DNA from: Gracilinanus agilis
Taxonomy: Eukaryota
Reading direction: 5' to 3'
DNA length: 64,000 bases
Assembly: GCF_016433145.1 (NCBI RefSeq)
Contig: NC_058132.1
Coordinates: forward strand, 163,346,438 to 163,410,437
Shown: piece after piece, positions 39,500 to 53,032 of the stretch
How positions within the stretch are numbered: the first letter of the stretch is position 1
How the letters are laid out: each line of letters opens with the position of its first letter
The notes under the pieces: generated by a model
Told to the model about the DNA's origin: nothing
The model's database searches: none
What the model saw: the letters and a program-made list of their open reading frames with translations, nothing else
Program-made: the position numbers and the translations under genes

Positions 39500-42330
39500 G
39501 AAATGATGATAGAATGGGAGGGAGAGGTATCTTCATCTCAAAAAGTCTAAAGGGGGCTCTCTATAATAGCAACATATTCAACATTTTCTCATACTTGGAC
39601 ACTACTATTTGAGAAAGGACAAAGATAAGGTCAATGTAGAGGTAGAAAATATCAACCTATTACTGCTAGTTTATAGGGCTGCTAGATAGTATTATAAAAG
39701 CTTTGATCCTAACAGCAGTCATATACCCACAGCTTGCTATATCTTATTTTTTCCCCCATCCTGCAATGTTTTTTACACATCAGTCTGGTAAACTGAATGG
39801 CTCCATCTAGGAAAGTAGACCGACAAACATTTCCAAAGGGCTATATTAGAGAATCCAAAATAGCTACAATGGCACCCTCCATTCCTTTCCCCTTCAGTCC
39901 TAATGATATTGGCAAACTTGCTTAAAAGCGATCTTAGCTTCAGTTTGAGATCATCTGTGGAAGCACACCTCCCAGAGGATTATTCCTGTACTCTCCACCT
40001 GCATGACCACTAGGAGTCTCCTTAGCCCAGGGACTGAGATGCCCAAAGCCACAACCCACATGAGTCTATCAAGATTACCTCAGACCTAATAAATCAGTCC
40101 ACCTTCTCCCTCCCTCCACTTACCCCAATAGAATATCTCAATTAACTCTTCTCTTTTTGTAACACCGCTACCAAATCCTTTTTTGCATCTTCCATTTGCA
40201 AGAACTATATTGCATGTTCTACATTTCAGACAGTGCATATTGGCTGCATAACAGAAAACAGGATGCAAATACTAAGCTGCCAAGTGGCTCTGGTTGTTAT
40301 GGAAGATTCCTTTAGCTGGAAAGCTTTTGGGGGGTAAATCTGGGACCCCATTCTCTGCGACCAACCCTACCCAGCTGAAACCATGGGAAGGGACAAGCAG
40401 AGAGGAGGACAGGAGATGACTGAAGAAGACTCACAGTAGAAGAAGGCACAACTCCCATTCTCTACCAGTGGCTTCCTTGTTAGTTCTAAGGGCAGTAAGC
40501 CCAGCCTCAGTTCCAGACTCCTCAAAATTAGCACAGTCTGGGAGGAAAGACTTAGTAGTCCTCCAATGGGTGTGGAGAAGGGCATTAGTATCTAGAGAGA
40601 AGAAAATAGTTCCTTGTAGTCACTCCTTACCAGACTTAGAATATTTACTTGAATCCTTTACATTTGATTCCCAAGACCCAGCCCATATGAGGCAGAGAAG
40701 AGAAATGCCTAAGAGAAGCTTGTCCATCTTCTATCAGTGTCCTAGAGTAGACCTTGGAGGGAACTGAGAGCCTCTCTAATGTCTGATGCCCCATGGGTAG
40801 CTACTCCTTTCCACCAATAGGAAGGTGCTTATGATCAATGTGGTAGGACCATGGCTGATCAGCTGATACTTAGTAGGAGGCAAGGAAACATCCCTGGGGC
40901 TTATAGAAGAGGGTGGAGAACACAATCTGAAAGGCCTAATTCCCTAGTTCATTTTGTATCCCTTATCATGTCCTAACAGTAGAGGAGAGCTAACTTCATT
41001 TGGAGCCAAAGGGTAGACTTCTCTTATGAATTACTAGATGTGATTAGTTTCTTGCAGTCAAGCTATCTAAGGAAGGGGTATGGGGAATGGCTTCAGAGGG
41101 TTTATGATCTCTCATTTTTTTTTCTCCTCTTAGGGATTTTAGTATCAGACTTTTCCCTAGGAAAGAAATTCGGTTTTGGAGTCAGTAGGCCGGAGTGAAG
41201 ATGAATTGTTTTCTCTACTGGATTCCTTTTGGGCAAATATGGGAAACTTTAGTGAGCCATTCATTTTTCTTCTTAATGGATGGATATCAAGAGTGATTGC
41301 CCTACTATAGTAAAGCTTTTGCTCCAGAAAGTTTTAATTTCTTGCATATGGGTTCAATATAGTTGGAAATGTGTCATCAGGTTTTCTTTTCTCAGAATTT
41401 TAAAAGTCCTGTTAAGAGAAATTCATAGCTTTTGGTCCTAGTTCCATTGGAAATATTTCAAGGATAAGATCTTTATTTTCTATTTCTTATATGGTTCCCC
41501 TCCTTCATATTATCTCCCATAGTCTTTACATACATAGATCACTTGGCAAAAACTGGTCAATTATTTACTGACTGATTGTTTGACTGTAATTGACATTCCT
41601 GAAATAAATTTTAATATAGGTTTCAGAGGTATTATAAGGTACAGTATTGTCATGACCTTTTCTGAAAGTTTACTCCTGCTAACTGTCTTCCTCAACTCAT
41701 TCTCAGCATAGCTCAGCCTTGATGAACAAATTAAGAAAAGACAACAATTTCATTAGCCTCTTTAGGGATAGCTAGCACAGAAAAACTAAGATGGCATGAT
41801 TTCTAGAGAAACAAACTTTTTTCTTTTGTTCTAGATAGGCTCTCTATATAGATCACATTTACTAGCTGATTGTCTAGCTCTTTTTCTTCTTGCATGTATA
41901 TAAACAAAGACCAGATGTCAAAATGAAATTATTATACAATCTTGTTTTCCATTTCTTTTATTTAAATCATATAGAGATAGGTGGTATGATGGATAGAGAC
42001 CTGGCCTTGAAGTCCTGGGTTTAAGTTTTATATTTGATATATACTAGCAATGTAATGTGACCTTCAGAAAGTCACTCAATTTTCAGTGCTACAGGGCCTC
42101 TTGGAGAATAAGATCCAGAGAGTATGCTTTGGTATTTTCCTGGGTAGAAGAGTTTTTTCACTTGGAAGTTCCCTAACTTAATGAAATCACATATTTAGTC
42201 CTTATCTCCAGTTTCTTATATTAATCATCAAGTTTATTGAGTGCTTCTTTGTACAGTATTGTTCTAGAAAACACATGAAATACAAAAGAAGTTTTATAAA
42301 CATTGCCCTAGCCACACTCTTAGAAAGAGT
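39500..42330. repeat. Segmental duplicate A (paralogue of 56236-59460)
   Basis: Long colinear matches, e.g. 40400-41460 versus 57290-58420. Confidence 0.92.
39682..40727 (-). pseudogene. PATE/ACRV1-like Ly6 three-finger pseudogene (exons 40631-40727, 40466-40537, 40124-40243, 39682-39806)
   Basis: Signal peptide MDKLLLGISLLCLIWAG; C4 to G, C5 deleted, premature TAG at 39709-39711 after CC, C10 to Y; 45-nt mini-exon reduced to 4 nt. Confidence 0.88.
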
Positions 42331-43539
42331 ATAAGTATAATGCAAGTTTGGCAAGAGCAAAGGAAATATTTAGAAAAAGTGCTTTGAAAAATTTGAGGAC
42401 AGAGAGAATTCAGCTTTGGGAACAAAAGTGTGCATCAAGGCAGTAGGGGGAAATAAATTTCACATTGTCCTTATTGGATTTACTTTTAGGAGGTATATGT
42501 AAGAATATAATAAAAAATTATAATATAAAAGAACACATGAAAAGTTAGTAAAAAGTATATGTAAAGTGTTACTCATATTTAAGGGAGGAAAGCTACAGTA
42601 AGGGACTTCTAAACAAACACAATTTGGTAATGCAGTTGCTGAGAGGTGAAGCTCCACTGGCTTTGATCACTCTTAGGAGAGGGGAGACCCTGGTTGTGGT
42701 TCCAGAGTAGAAAGGCAAGCTGAAGCTTGAAATCCAATTGGGATCTTCTATTATTTTCTTTAGCATTTAGAAATGATAATCGTTTACTAGGACATAATTC
42801 AGCACATAATTATATTACTTTGTGTTAGAGTGATTACCTAGGGATTATTTCAGCCAAAGGTAAATGTCAAGAGCTACTAAAAGGCAAAGATAGTGAAAAT
42901 AAAAGGGAAGGTCTTTAACTAAAAAATAGACATTCTACATCTTAGAAAGACTTGACATTTTAATAGGTCAATTACATGTGAAAAGACCAATTTTATCCCT
43001 CCATATTCATCTGTATAAGATCCCCAGTGAGACTGGGAAGTGAGATTGATTGTTATATTTGAAGGGATTTTTGAATCAGGGAAGGATTATTGAAACATGA
43101 AAGGTTGGTCCTATTCCACCTTGCTTGGAGATGACAAAGGACCTCAGAACTAAGGCTTTGAAAATAGTCAAAAGGAAGCAGCTTCTATGAATTCTAAACA
43201 TGACAAATCTAACCTATTACTGCTTAGAAAAAATTACTCTAATTACCCAATTTTGTTCCTAAAATTTCCACAGTCCCAACAAACCTTTGTCTGGCTCCTC
43301 AAAGCCTTACAAATTTACAAAGGAAATAGCTACTTTTTAATTTATCCTAATATATTTTGTGCATTGTCATAACCAATTCACCCCAAATATTTATAGTACA
43401 AATCATAGATCATCTGTGAGTAATGCAAGAAATCAAATTTAGTTTTTTATGCTAATATGAGAATTCTGAAGTAACATTGTGGTTGCCGACTTAAAGATAT
43501 TATAACTTAAGTAAAAAATGACTTTTAGTAGCTTCATTT

Positions 43540-46200
43540 ACCAAGAGTAAGATTTAAATTAAATGTCCAATACTTGAAGTATTATATTTTATAAAGTTTA
43601 CTATCTAACAAAATAGAACCACGTGACTAAGTTTTTCTGCCTGCTCAAAAAGTCCATTCCACCAAAGCTGCGACAGGAAGACAAGAGAGGAGAGATGTAA
43701 CCACAGAATTTATAGCCTGTCTAAATCAGCACATAACAATAGGAAGAGAGTGGGGTGCTGGGAATTGTTTTTTTTAGGGTAATAGATTCTAATTACACAA
43801 GAGGTAGAAAGAGTGAAAATGGGAAAATGTAGCTAAAGAGACAGGTTTTAACAAGCCTACTAGCCCTTCTCTGGTGAAGTGAGGCTCAGCCCCTAAGGGG
43901 CTTCCCCACATCTAGTGGTGTCTTCAGCTAGAATTCCACCAATGCAACCTCCTCCAAAGCCAAAGCAGAAATCTCAGGAACCAGTCTCTCCAGAAGCCAG
44001 GAAAAGAAGGCCAGTTACTTATCCACCCAAGACAAACTCCAAAGGAGAAGAACAAAAGCTAATTCCCAAGGCAAAGTCCTCTAACACCAAAGTCCAAATG
44101 AGAAGATCCAGGAGCAAAAAGTCCAAGGCCAAAGGTTGAAGGTTCCCTGGACAGGAGGTTCAGGACTTTTTATAGTCCTTTTTCCATGTCACTTCCTGTC
44201 CCTTCTTCTACTTTACAGGAACCAATTTCAGTCTTTTAATTTGCTCAGCACTGCCCACGGGTAGGGCAGTGGTCTCTGGAGTTGTCACCCACTTTAGCAC
44301 GTGACTTTGGAATTCTCTTACTTAGTGTTAAATAGGAGTTTTTAAGTTTTAGATTAATTTAAAAGTTGCTGATTGATAAGACAAAAAGTTTGATTCACTA
44401 TTCATAGTAAAACAGTATCAAATTCTAACAAATTGTTTCTAAACATACATTTACATTTAAACACATTTACAATCTTAGCAGAATCATGTTTGCACAAAGA
44501 TACAAGTTTTGGTAACAGTCAATATATCACAATTTAGGTCAAAACTAAAAAAAAAACCTCCTTTAACAACATTCCAAATTATAAAAGGGAATCCTTTATT
44601 CTCTTTGCCTAGTTGGAGCTAACACTTTGGTTTCCCTCACTAGATTGTGAAGATAGGATTAACTCTCTTTTGTCTACCTTTTGATTGAATCAACAAAAGC
44701 TTGAACTAGGCAGAGAAGCTTGCAAACCACTTAGGTCAGTGATGGGCAAACTACGGCCCAGAGAGCCAGATGTGGCCTCCTGAAATGTTCTATCTGGCTG
44801 CACATTATTCCTAATCTGACGAATACAATGAGTAGGATACAATACAATGAAACTTCGAAAGAGTTGCTTTAGAAACAGACTGACAGATGAGCATTTCCTT
44901 TCCTTTGGCCCCCTCTTTAAAAAGTTTTCCCATCACTGACTTAGAGAATTCATACCTTCAGAAACTCAATCAGCCAGGAATCTGTGAACCCTTTTGATGA
45001 GTATTCACTCCTCCAGAAGAGGAGAACTGGTTCCCACAAACACTGTCCCCTGGGCAGTGCTAGACAATTTCGAAACTATGATTGGCCCCTGTGAAAATAG
45101 GAAGAGAAAAGAACTCACTATAAAAGGCCCTGAACTTCTGGAGCTAAAAAAGGAAGTCAACTCCAAGAAGGAAGTATTATTCAAGAAGGAGTTGGACTTC
45201 AAGAGGGAAGTCAGCTTCTAGAAGAAGGTTGGCTCAAGGAAGAAAGTCGGCCTCAAGAATCACCTTCCACTCGAGTCTGTTGTGAGGAAGATTAGTTATT
45301 AAGTATTAAGGATGGACCTAGCAGGAAGGACTAGAGCATTCCAAGATGGAATGAAGGAGCAGGAAGTTGCTTGTGCTCTGAGAGAGACTCCATTAGTGGT
45401 TGGCACAAACTGTTGCTAGCCCTGGGAGATCTCAGAGTCTTAACTCTGGATGACACCCTGCATCCAGACTCCCTGGGATCCTGAGTGGTGGTGGTTTCTA
45501 ACAAGTGGACAAGACTTACAGAGCAGCACCAAGTGGAGGAGGAGTTTGGGATCTGGTGGACAGCATCTCAAGCATACTCTCTCTACTTGGATACCTTGGA
45601 CCACTTTGGCTCTTGGCATCCTGAGATCATCTGTGGACCATGAGAAACCCTCAAAGCCACCAACAGGCCCTTTAGCTGTGCTGGTCAAACCTGGTTAGAA
45701 CCAGGTTTGAAGCTGCCTTCCAGTGACTCCATTACTGCTTCTTTATGCCCAGCCTGGCCTAGGTCAATTAGTATTAGAGAAGTCAAGTCCTCCTCTTGCC
45801 CTGTGGTTTTGCCCATTTAGGTTTTAGTGTAGAATTCCCTATCCCACCTTTATTTAGTTGAACATAATTAAAACTGTTAAAACCTTTTACCTTGCCTGCT
45901 GGTTTCAAAGACTCTGGCCTAGTGGTGACAGTTGGCCAACAGCCTTTCTTGTCAGTTAGGAGCAGCTTAGCTGTGTACTCTGGTCTCCCTATTCTGGTCC
46001 TGTCTCTCCTTCAACCCAGTGTGTGTACCCACAACCATTTAGATTATATTTTAACATCCCTGGTGCCCATCCCTTTTACAAGTCATTGGCTTGACCTGCC
46101 TCTTGGAGGGGCCTTGGGTGAGTGGATAGCTGGCTTTCCCTTCCTGTATTCTGGAGAGAGTTTAATTGAAGGTCAACAAGTCCTAGCTGAATTGAGCACC
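43540..46200. mobile_element. Cluster of LTR/ERV remnants
   Basis: 43570-43700 matches the LTR at 53880-53990; minus-strand TATA/ETS LTR-like segment near 44170; integrase C-terminus-like remnant at about 45950-46150. Confidence 0.55.
44737..44938. mobile_element. hAT MITE (CAGTGATGGGCAAAC TIR)
   Basis: TIRs cagtgatgggcaaac / gttttcccatcactg; TSD acttaggt/acttagag. Confidence 0.88.
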
Positions 46201-46218
46201 AGAGCAATATTTAGTTAG

Positions 46219-47375
46219 TGTAATATCATTTCTGATATGCAAAATGGAGAGCAGGATGAGTGACACTCAGCAGTTTAGAATTTGGAACCAACCTAGATTG
46301 CCTTGAGCCAGCAAGGAGAAGCAGTTACTTGGCAGGACTATAAAAGGGAGAAATTTGAACAAGAAGCTCTCTCAATCTTGAGAAGAGACTTGGGGAGGTT
46401 GGTTAGGATTTGGGTAGGCCAAACCAAATCATCTTAGGTTACCTGCATCCTGCTCCAATTGCTACCAAACCTTCAACTTCTGTGTAAAGCTGTGCTATAC
46501 ATTCAATCAACTGAACATCAAGGAAGAAGTAACGTCAATACTCAAAATAATCTGGTTCAGGTCAAGGTGCCTGACCTAGCCAGGTTGCTACAGAGAGGAC
46601 AAACCTCTCCAGCTGACAGTCTCAAACCTGATTACCTTTAATGGACAACACCTAATCATCAGTAGTTTTAGTCAAGCTTTCCTGACACCTCTTTCCTTCA
46701 ACCTTGTTCCCTTTCCCTAAGTTTATTATTAAATTCTAAACTTAGATGAATGTCATCATTGCCCTAAGGATCATTGATTATATCCTTGGGTATCTGAAGG
46801 AAAGGGAGTGCTCAAACTAAAGTTAAGTCACAGTCAATAGCATTTGCCCTAAGCATCATTGATTATATCCTTGGGTATCTGAAGGAAAGGGAGTGCTCAA
46901 ACTAAAGTTAAGTCACAGTCAATAGCATTATCCATCAGCTTTGAAGCCAGGATAAGCTATCATAGAAGCTGTGTGATCTTACCCAACAGCTTCTTATCTG
47001 ATTACTTATTCCTGGGACACTATTGTGTTGGAGCTATGTGTTTAGTTTAGTTTCAAATATTTCTGTGGAGTCTTGGGGTTCACTACCACAAATTGGTGCT
47101 CACCTAGACATTCTCGCTCTCACTCAACTCAGGTCTTCATACCATCTGAGGACCTTGGGCCATCTTTTTATTAGCTAACAACATCAACATAACATTAGAA
47201 AGGCTAATGCCTTCTCTACCCTTTTGTATTTCTCTGATTTCACTCTTTCCACCTTTTTGTAAATAAAATATATTAAAGTCATTTCGACTTTGAGCAATAA
47301 TACTTTGAATCTGCAACCACCACCGTTATTTATAATCATATATTTTAGCCAAATCATTAAAATTTAATCCTTAAA
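46219..47375 (+). mobile_element. Solo LTR with an internal ~85-bp tandem duplication (46757-46929)
   Basis: TG start, TATAAAA near 46319, AATAAA near 47261. Confidence 0.65.
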
Positions 47376-47506
47376 AAATCCTTAGTATAGGTTCCATCTC
47401 AAGTTTATAAATTTTAAAACTTAAAAACTTAAAAAAAAAACCAATCCCAGTGGTCATTACATTTCTTCAAAGCCTGGTGGAATGCATATAATTTATAAGT
47501 CTAAAC

Positions 47507-47699
47507 CAGTGATTCCCAAAGTAGGTGCTACTGTCCCCTGGTGGGTGCTGCAGAGATCCAGGGGGAGTGGTGATGGCCACAGGTGCATTTATCTTTCCTA
47601 TTAATTGCTATTAAAATTAAAAAAAATTAATTTCCAGGGGGCCAAGTAATATTTTTTCTGGAAAGGGGGCAGTAGGCCAAAAAAGTTTGGGAACCACTG
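47507..47699. mobile_element. hAT MITE (CAGTG[G/A]TTCCCAAA TIR)
   Basis: TIRs cagtgattcccaaa / tttgggaaccactg; perfect 8-bp TSD gtctaaac. Confidence 0.93.
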
Positions 47700-47899
47700 G
47701 TCTAAACTAACTAGGCCTCTGGAGGGTGGCTTTATTCATTAGAACCTCTTTGTTTCCCTCAATCATCACATGGCCATTTCTTCTTTTTCTGTCTAAGACT
47801 AATGAGGACTCATTCATAACCCCTCCATCCTCCCATAAACACGTTGTAGGGTTCAGATTTGAAATCACACAGACTTGGTAGGGTGTGCTAACCACTAGA

Positions 47900-49740
47900 C
47901 TTCCTCCAACACTTAATTTCCTCCTTCTGTTAAAATTGTAGCAGCAGTTGGAGGCCCCTCTATCCTGCCCCTATTCCTATGTCCTGCCCATACTTGAGGA
48001 TTGATTAGATTCTCCTCCTCCACTGTTAGAGGAATTGCCTGAAGGGTCTGGCTATTATTCTGAGACTTTTTTACACTCAAATACAGGTTTGGTTTAATAA
48101 TTCTGTCTCTTTCTATAAAGATCATTGATTGAGTCATAGGGGCAGAAAAGCCCTCTCTCTGTACCCTAGCCACAATGAGCCTCTGATTGCTCAGCTTAAT
48201 TCCTTGGGGTAGTGAAATGGGACATTATTTTACTTCATTCCTGTCAATCAAGAAGGTTGTTTCTACCTCCTGGCTTCCCACCTGTAAGGTTATCAAGGGC
48301 TCTGGGTGGGGTTCCAGGAGCCCCTGACCTTGTCAGTCTTCTGCTTCTGAGAAAGAGTAAATCCTATTTTCTTTCTGTATCTTGGGGCCTTCCCTTCTTA
48401 CTGTCTGCCTTACTCTAGCCCTCTTGTACAAAGTTGTATAAAGTTTTCTTCCATCTGTCCTCTCTCTTGACATAAATCATCTGAGCCAATTGTAGCAATT
48501 CGTCAAGGGGTTTCATCATCCAGTCATCTGTGTTTTGGAAACAAGTCTTTAAAAGATCTGGCACACCAGGCTCAATCAGATCTATACAGGATACTTGTTA
48601 AATGCCATCCTTAATCTACCTACAAATTCAGTGGGAGTCTTTTCCTCACTCTGATTGATCTTATAGACTTCATTAGGATTCTGGCTCTGGGGCATTGCTG
48701 CTCTTACTTCCTGCTTTCTAAGATCCTTGCTTGTGTGGTGGACAGATTCATTGCTATTTCAGAGGGGAAATACTTGTTTCCCTCTTGATCTGTTTTGGGC
48801 TATGGAATTTTCATTATCCTAGACCTCTGTAGTAGCTAGTCTGATCTTCTCTTTCTAGAAAATTTTCCTTCTTTATCTTACAATTCCTCACTTCAGAACC
48901 ACTGAGGGGAACATTTTCATAGCCAATTCCCTTCCCTGGTGGATTTTCCCACTGTGAGCACTGCTTCAGTCCACCAGTGGGTGAATTAATCTCCTCAGGT
49001 GAGAAAGCTGCTACAGCTTCTCACTTAAGTACTAGAGGAACTATGGGAAGTAGAGGAAAGGCAGGGAGAGGGACTGGAGGAATAAGAACAGGAGCAGAGA
49101 CCTGAGCAGGACCAGAGGCAGGTGGTGCCTGGGAAACAGGAGTTGGGGGAGAAAGGACTGGACAAGGGGGCAGTGGTGGGACAGATTTGAGTGGGTCCTA
49201 AGTCTTCTCCACTTCCCCTCCTGGTCCAGAATTCTTTCCTTTCTCTCTCTCACTTTCTACCACCCTCCCTGACTTTTCTCTGACCACTGCTGCTGTTTTA
49301 TTCTCTTCTGACCTTTTCCTTAACACCAAGATCTCTAGATCTGGAAGCCAAAGAGAAGCATAAGATTTTTCTGCTTCAGTGCTAGATTTTCTCCAACTAA
49401 TTTCCCTGGTTTACTCACTCCTGTAAATCAGACCCTGGGTTACTCCTTAACCCTTACCCCCAACCTCTTGAGGTATGCTGACTATATCCCTAGTCCCTTT
49501 AAACCTGGGATAAGAGTCAATCTGGGGGTTTCCAAAAAATTATCATTTCCTCTTGTGGTCTTAGTGATTCTGCCATTGACCATAAGGTGCTATAGAGTCA
49601 ATTGTGCTGCCTGAATCCCAGTTTCAAGGACAAGCTTGGGACAAAGGCAATATGTCCAGAAGAGCCTGAGCTCTGTTTACCAAAGGTGGGAGGGAAATAA
49701 TGAATGTACAAATAGCCTTTGGGGGCATTCCCCATTAGCT
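47900..49740 (-). mobile_element. Class I (gamma-like) ERV gag-pro-pol remnant
   Basis: MGNAPKG start, Pro-rich linker, capsid-like GIGYENVPLSGSEVRN, KTPTEFVGRLR and KPLDELLQLAQMIYVKRE, protease-like TFLID, and INPQVWAGHRNRG; many stops and frameshifts. Confidence 0.8.
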
Positions 49741-50289
49741 CATAGGTCTTAGAGAGGACAATGGAGCATTGACCATTAGCCAGCACAAAGCACTCTTCTT
49801 CTGGCAGATCTTACAACAGAAAAGGCACCCCATTTCCCACTGTCCATCATGTCTTTCATGTCATAGGGTTCTGGGGGGGCTTGAGGTGAACCCCTGGAGT
49901 TTGGGACAGGCACCCTTTGTAAGAATGCAAGACTCCATAACTTTGCTTAGAAATAAAAAGAAATTTATTAATATGGAATTCATGTTGAAGTGGCTGGGAG
50001 GGCAGTGTAGATGGGATGCTGCGCTGCTACTCCCCACCCCCCTTCTAGGAGATATGTCCTGGATCTTTTATATCTTTTGTCAGCTGGGGCTCAGTGACCA
50101 GGAATGAAGTTAGGCAGGAGTGGAGGATGTTTGTTATCTGACCAGGTTTGTGTACTGAAGACACAAGGGATGGTTTTCTAGAGCTGCTGAAACTACTTAG
50201 TCTGCCTATATCATTTGCCATCAATAAAATCCCTCTGGACCATTAAAGCCTACAGAAGGGCACTTCCCCCCTACCCTGCCCTCCTAAAG

Positions 50290-50620
50290 TTCTTTTACTA
50301 CCTCAGCAAACAGTTTTATGAATCTTCTGGTTTTTGTTTGTATGTTTTCTTGGTGGATGGAAGCCTTCTGTGCTAGACAAATCACAGCATTTACAGTGGC
50401 AAAGCAATTGTTGGAAAAAAATTTTGTCCCTACTAGGGATACTCCCAAAGAGCTACATAGTAATAGAAGTACTCATTTTACAAGGAAAATTCAGTCACAC
50501 TTATGGAAATCATGGCCTATAGTACAAAGCTTGCATTGCCCCTATTGGTCCTAATACTCTGTGCTTGCGAAAGGGTAAGTGGATCATTTAAGATCCAATT
50601 AGGTAAACTGACAGAATATT
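50290..50620 (+). mobile_element. ERV integrase core remnant
   Basis: LLVFVCMFSWWMEAF...TVAKQLLE...ELHSNRSTHFT...LHCPY (DDE core-like). Confidence 0.8.
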
Positions 50621-50939
50621 TTTACCTTATTTGGGTTAGTTCTTCCCTCTATAAGGATAATATTAGTAAATAAGTATTGTTTTATTAGTTTAGAGATAAG
50701 AAGTAGAGAAGTTGTTAATTTCACATTTTGGCAATTGTAACCATTATTCTATGACAGTTTCACTCTCTGGGTGTGGCATTTTGGCAGTTGGCTTCTGGCA
50801 GTTGACAGAGAAGCAGGATCTTTTCTCTCTCAGGGTTAGTGTGATAATGAGATTAAACCTACCCTACCCATCTTTAGATTTAATCACCAAAGGTGAAAAC
50901 ATCTCCACTTAATTCACAAGTTGGGTGGTCTATGACCCA

Positions 50940-51637
50940 CATGTGCTAGAGTGAGTAACAAATCAGAATTTACTGACTGCCTCCTGGGCAGTCCTAAGAA
51001 AAGCATCTGTTGTGATTGGACACGTAAACTAAGAGGAAGGCACAGGAAGTGACACAAAAGAGGCCCCTTAAAAAGAGAGTTCAGTGAGTGCAGGCTCTTC
51101 TTCTGGTTTGTGAACAGGACCTGAAAGTGCTCTTCTGGTTTGTTACCAGGACTTGGAGGAACTCTGGAGCTAGTGAGACTGTTCTTAAATCTTTCCTTTG
51201 GAATTCCACGTGGTGAGTATAAAGACTGAATCTTCCTGAACTTCTCTTAAGGAACTTCCCTTTCAAAGAGACTCTGTGACTGAAGCTTTTGCTTCATACG
51301 TCTCTGAGGCTTGGCCCTCAGCTTAAGGCTTGAACTTTTCCAGTTGAGGGCTAGTTAGGCCCTTGGCTCAAGGTTTGGTCTTTTTCCGATTGAGGACTAG
51401 TTAGATCTGCTTGGGTTAAACCAGGGACCTAAGCGAATTATTTAGTTTTTCAGGTTAATTATCTTACCTTATCCTCTCTCTAAATTTCTTAATTTCTCTC
51501 TCTCATTTGTAAATAAACTTCCATAAAAGTCAATTTGACTTGAAGTTATTCTTTACTTGGGAATTGATAATTATTCAATTCCCTGGTGACAAAATCTTTT
51601 AATATTCACAAATCAAAACCCCCCTTTTCCCCCTTAC
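50940..51637 (+). mobile_element. LTR (start approximate)
   Basis: TATA-like near 51079, AATAAA near 51512, ends ccccttaca. Confidence 0.6.
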
Positions 51638-52744
51638 ACTAGAGAAGGTAACATCTTTGCCTCTCTCTATCTTTGTCTGAGTGAAAGACTTGAAAGGAGT
51701 GGAGTGTTTTCTTTTCCAACAACTGTCTTTTGTCCTTGGCTCATGCCATCTGGGTAAATTCTAAATTCTATAACTGATGATCTGTCACTCAAGTTGGTCT
51801 CCATCTTCTTCTCAGAAGTTGCCTATTACAGGAGGGATATTCCTTTTGTATCTGGAGACTAGGCAAGGATTTTTAAAAATCATCCATTTGAGTCTGCATT
51901 TGAAGCAGGGCTGGCTAGCTTTTTGTTGTTTAACATTGAGCCGAGTGAAAAAGAAAACCTCCTAGGAATATCAAGAGAAAGAACCAGTCTGAACCCCTAA
52001 GGTTTTCCAATTGATTAAAAACTGCTGGGGACAAAAAGCTTTCTTTTAGAGTTTCAAGCATGGTTTGCAACATCTTGTCTCCTCAATTTTAGCTGAATGA
52101 CAAAACAATGTACTTGGAGGCAAGGAGTTTTAGGATGCAGATGTTGGGACAGGAGACACCCCCCCCCTCCCCCCCCCCCCCTGCTAAATTGTCAGGTGTA
52201 AGCTCCTCCCCCCCAGTAGCCTAGGGATGGAGTTGGGCAGTGGGTGGGGAAGGAAACTGGAAGTTTAAATGCCTACTGTGTGCAGGAACTACTATGCCAG
52301 GGTGGTGGGAGCCCAAAGCCTCAGCTGGGGTGAAGGAGGGTGAGCCAAGGCTGTGCTGTGTTCCTGTGCTGAAAAGTGGCTAGTGCAAGTTTTAAAACAG
52401 GCTGTAGTACCAGCCACTCAGCTAGGGGAAATATATACATTACCTTCTCCTTGGAGATTCTACCCAGAGAGACCAGGAGACTCAGGGACTTGACCGTGGG
52501 AGGGAGCAGTCAGGAGACCTCAGGGAAGCAGTGGCAGGAGCAGGAGGAGAGCTGCTAGAGCCCTGAGCTTCTGGAGAGACATGGCTTCCTGGCTTTTGTG
52601 GTGGGTGGGGGTAGGCAGTGAGCCGGGGAAACTCTGAAGAGAATTCCCTGGAGGGGGAGAGGAGGAGGGAAGCCCATGGCAGGAGAAGAAACCCGGTTTC
52701 TCTACTCACTTAAAGGTTCTGAAATCCCTTCTAGTCACCATATA

Positions 52745-53032
52745 TGTAAGACTAAAAATGAATACTCCAAGTATTTAAATTTAATAGGATTTAATAACAA
52801 CAAAAGTGAGAGAGAAAGGAGTTCCTTCAGCTGAGTGAGCAGAGGAAAAAGCCAGAGACCCAGAAAACTGCTGCACTCAAGCCAAAATCAAAAAAGCCTC
52901 ACAGTATGGGTTTCAGCAAATTTATAAACAAATCCATGCCAGGGCGCAACACAGGGATGCAAGACAAGGGAACCCCAGGAAGAGTAAAGAATAGTGGGAA
53001 ATGAAGTCCCCAGGGTACAAATTTTTAAAAAC
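52745..53032. mobile_element. Short solo LTR-like element
   Basis: TGTAAG...AAACA termini. Confidence 0.45.

Noticed and set aside
43915-45221. Lys-rich ORFs (43915-44139; 44994-45221 with an 18-nt KKEVxF-like repeat)
   Set aside because: They lie within LTR-like sequence, and are low-complexity with no recognisable protein family.
52130-52730. G/C-rich segment as a gene promoter or CpG island
   Set aside because: It is CpG-poor with no linked exon, and is more likely a retroelement 5' region; the family could not be assigned.
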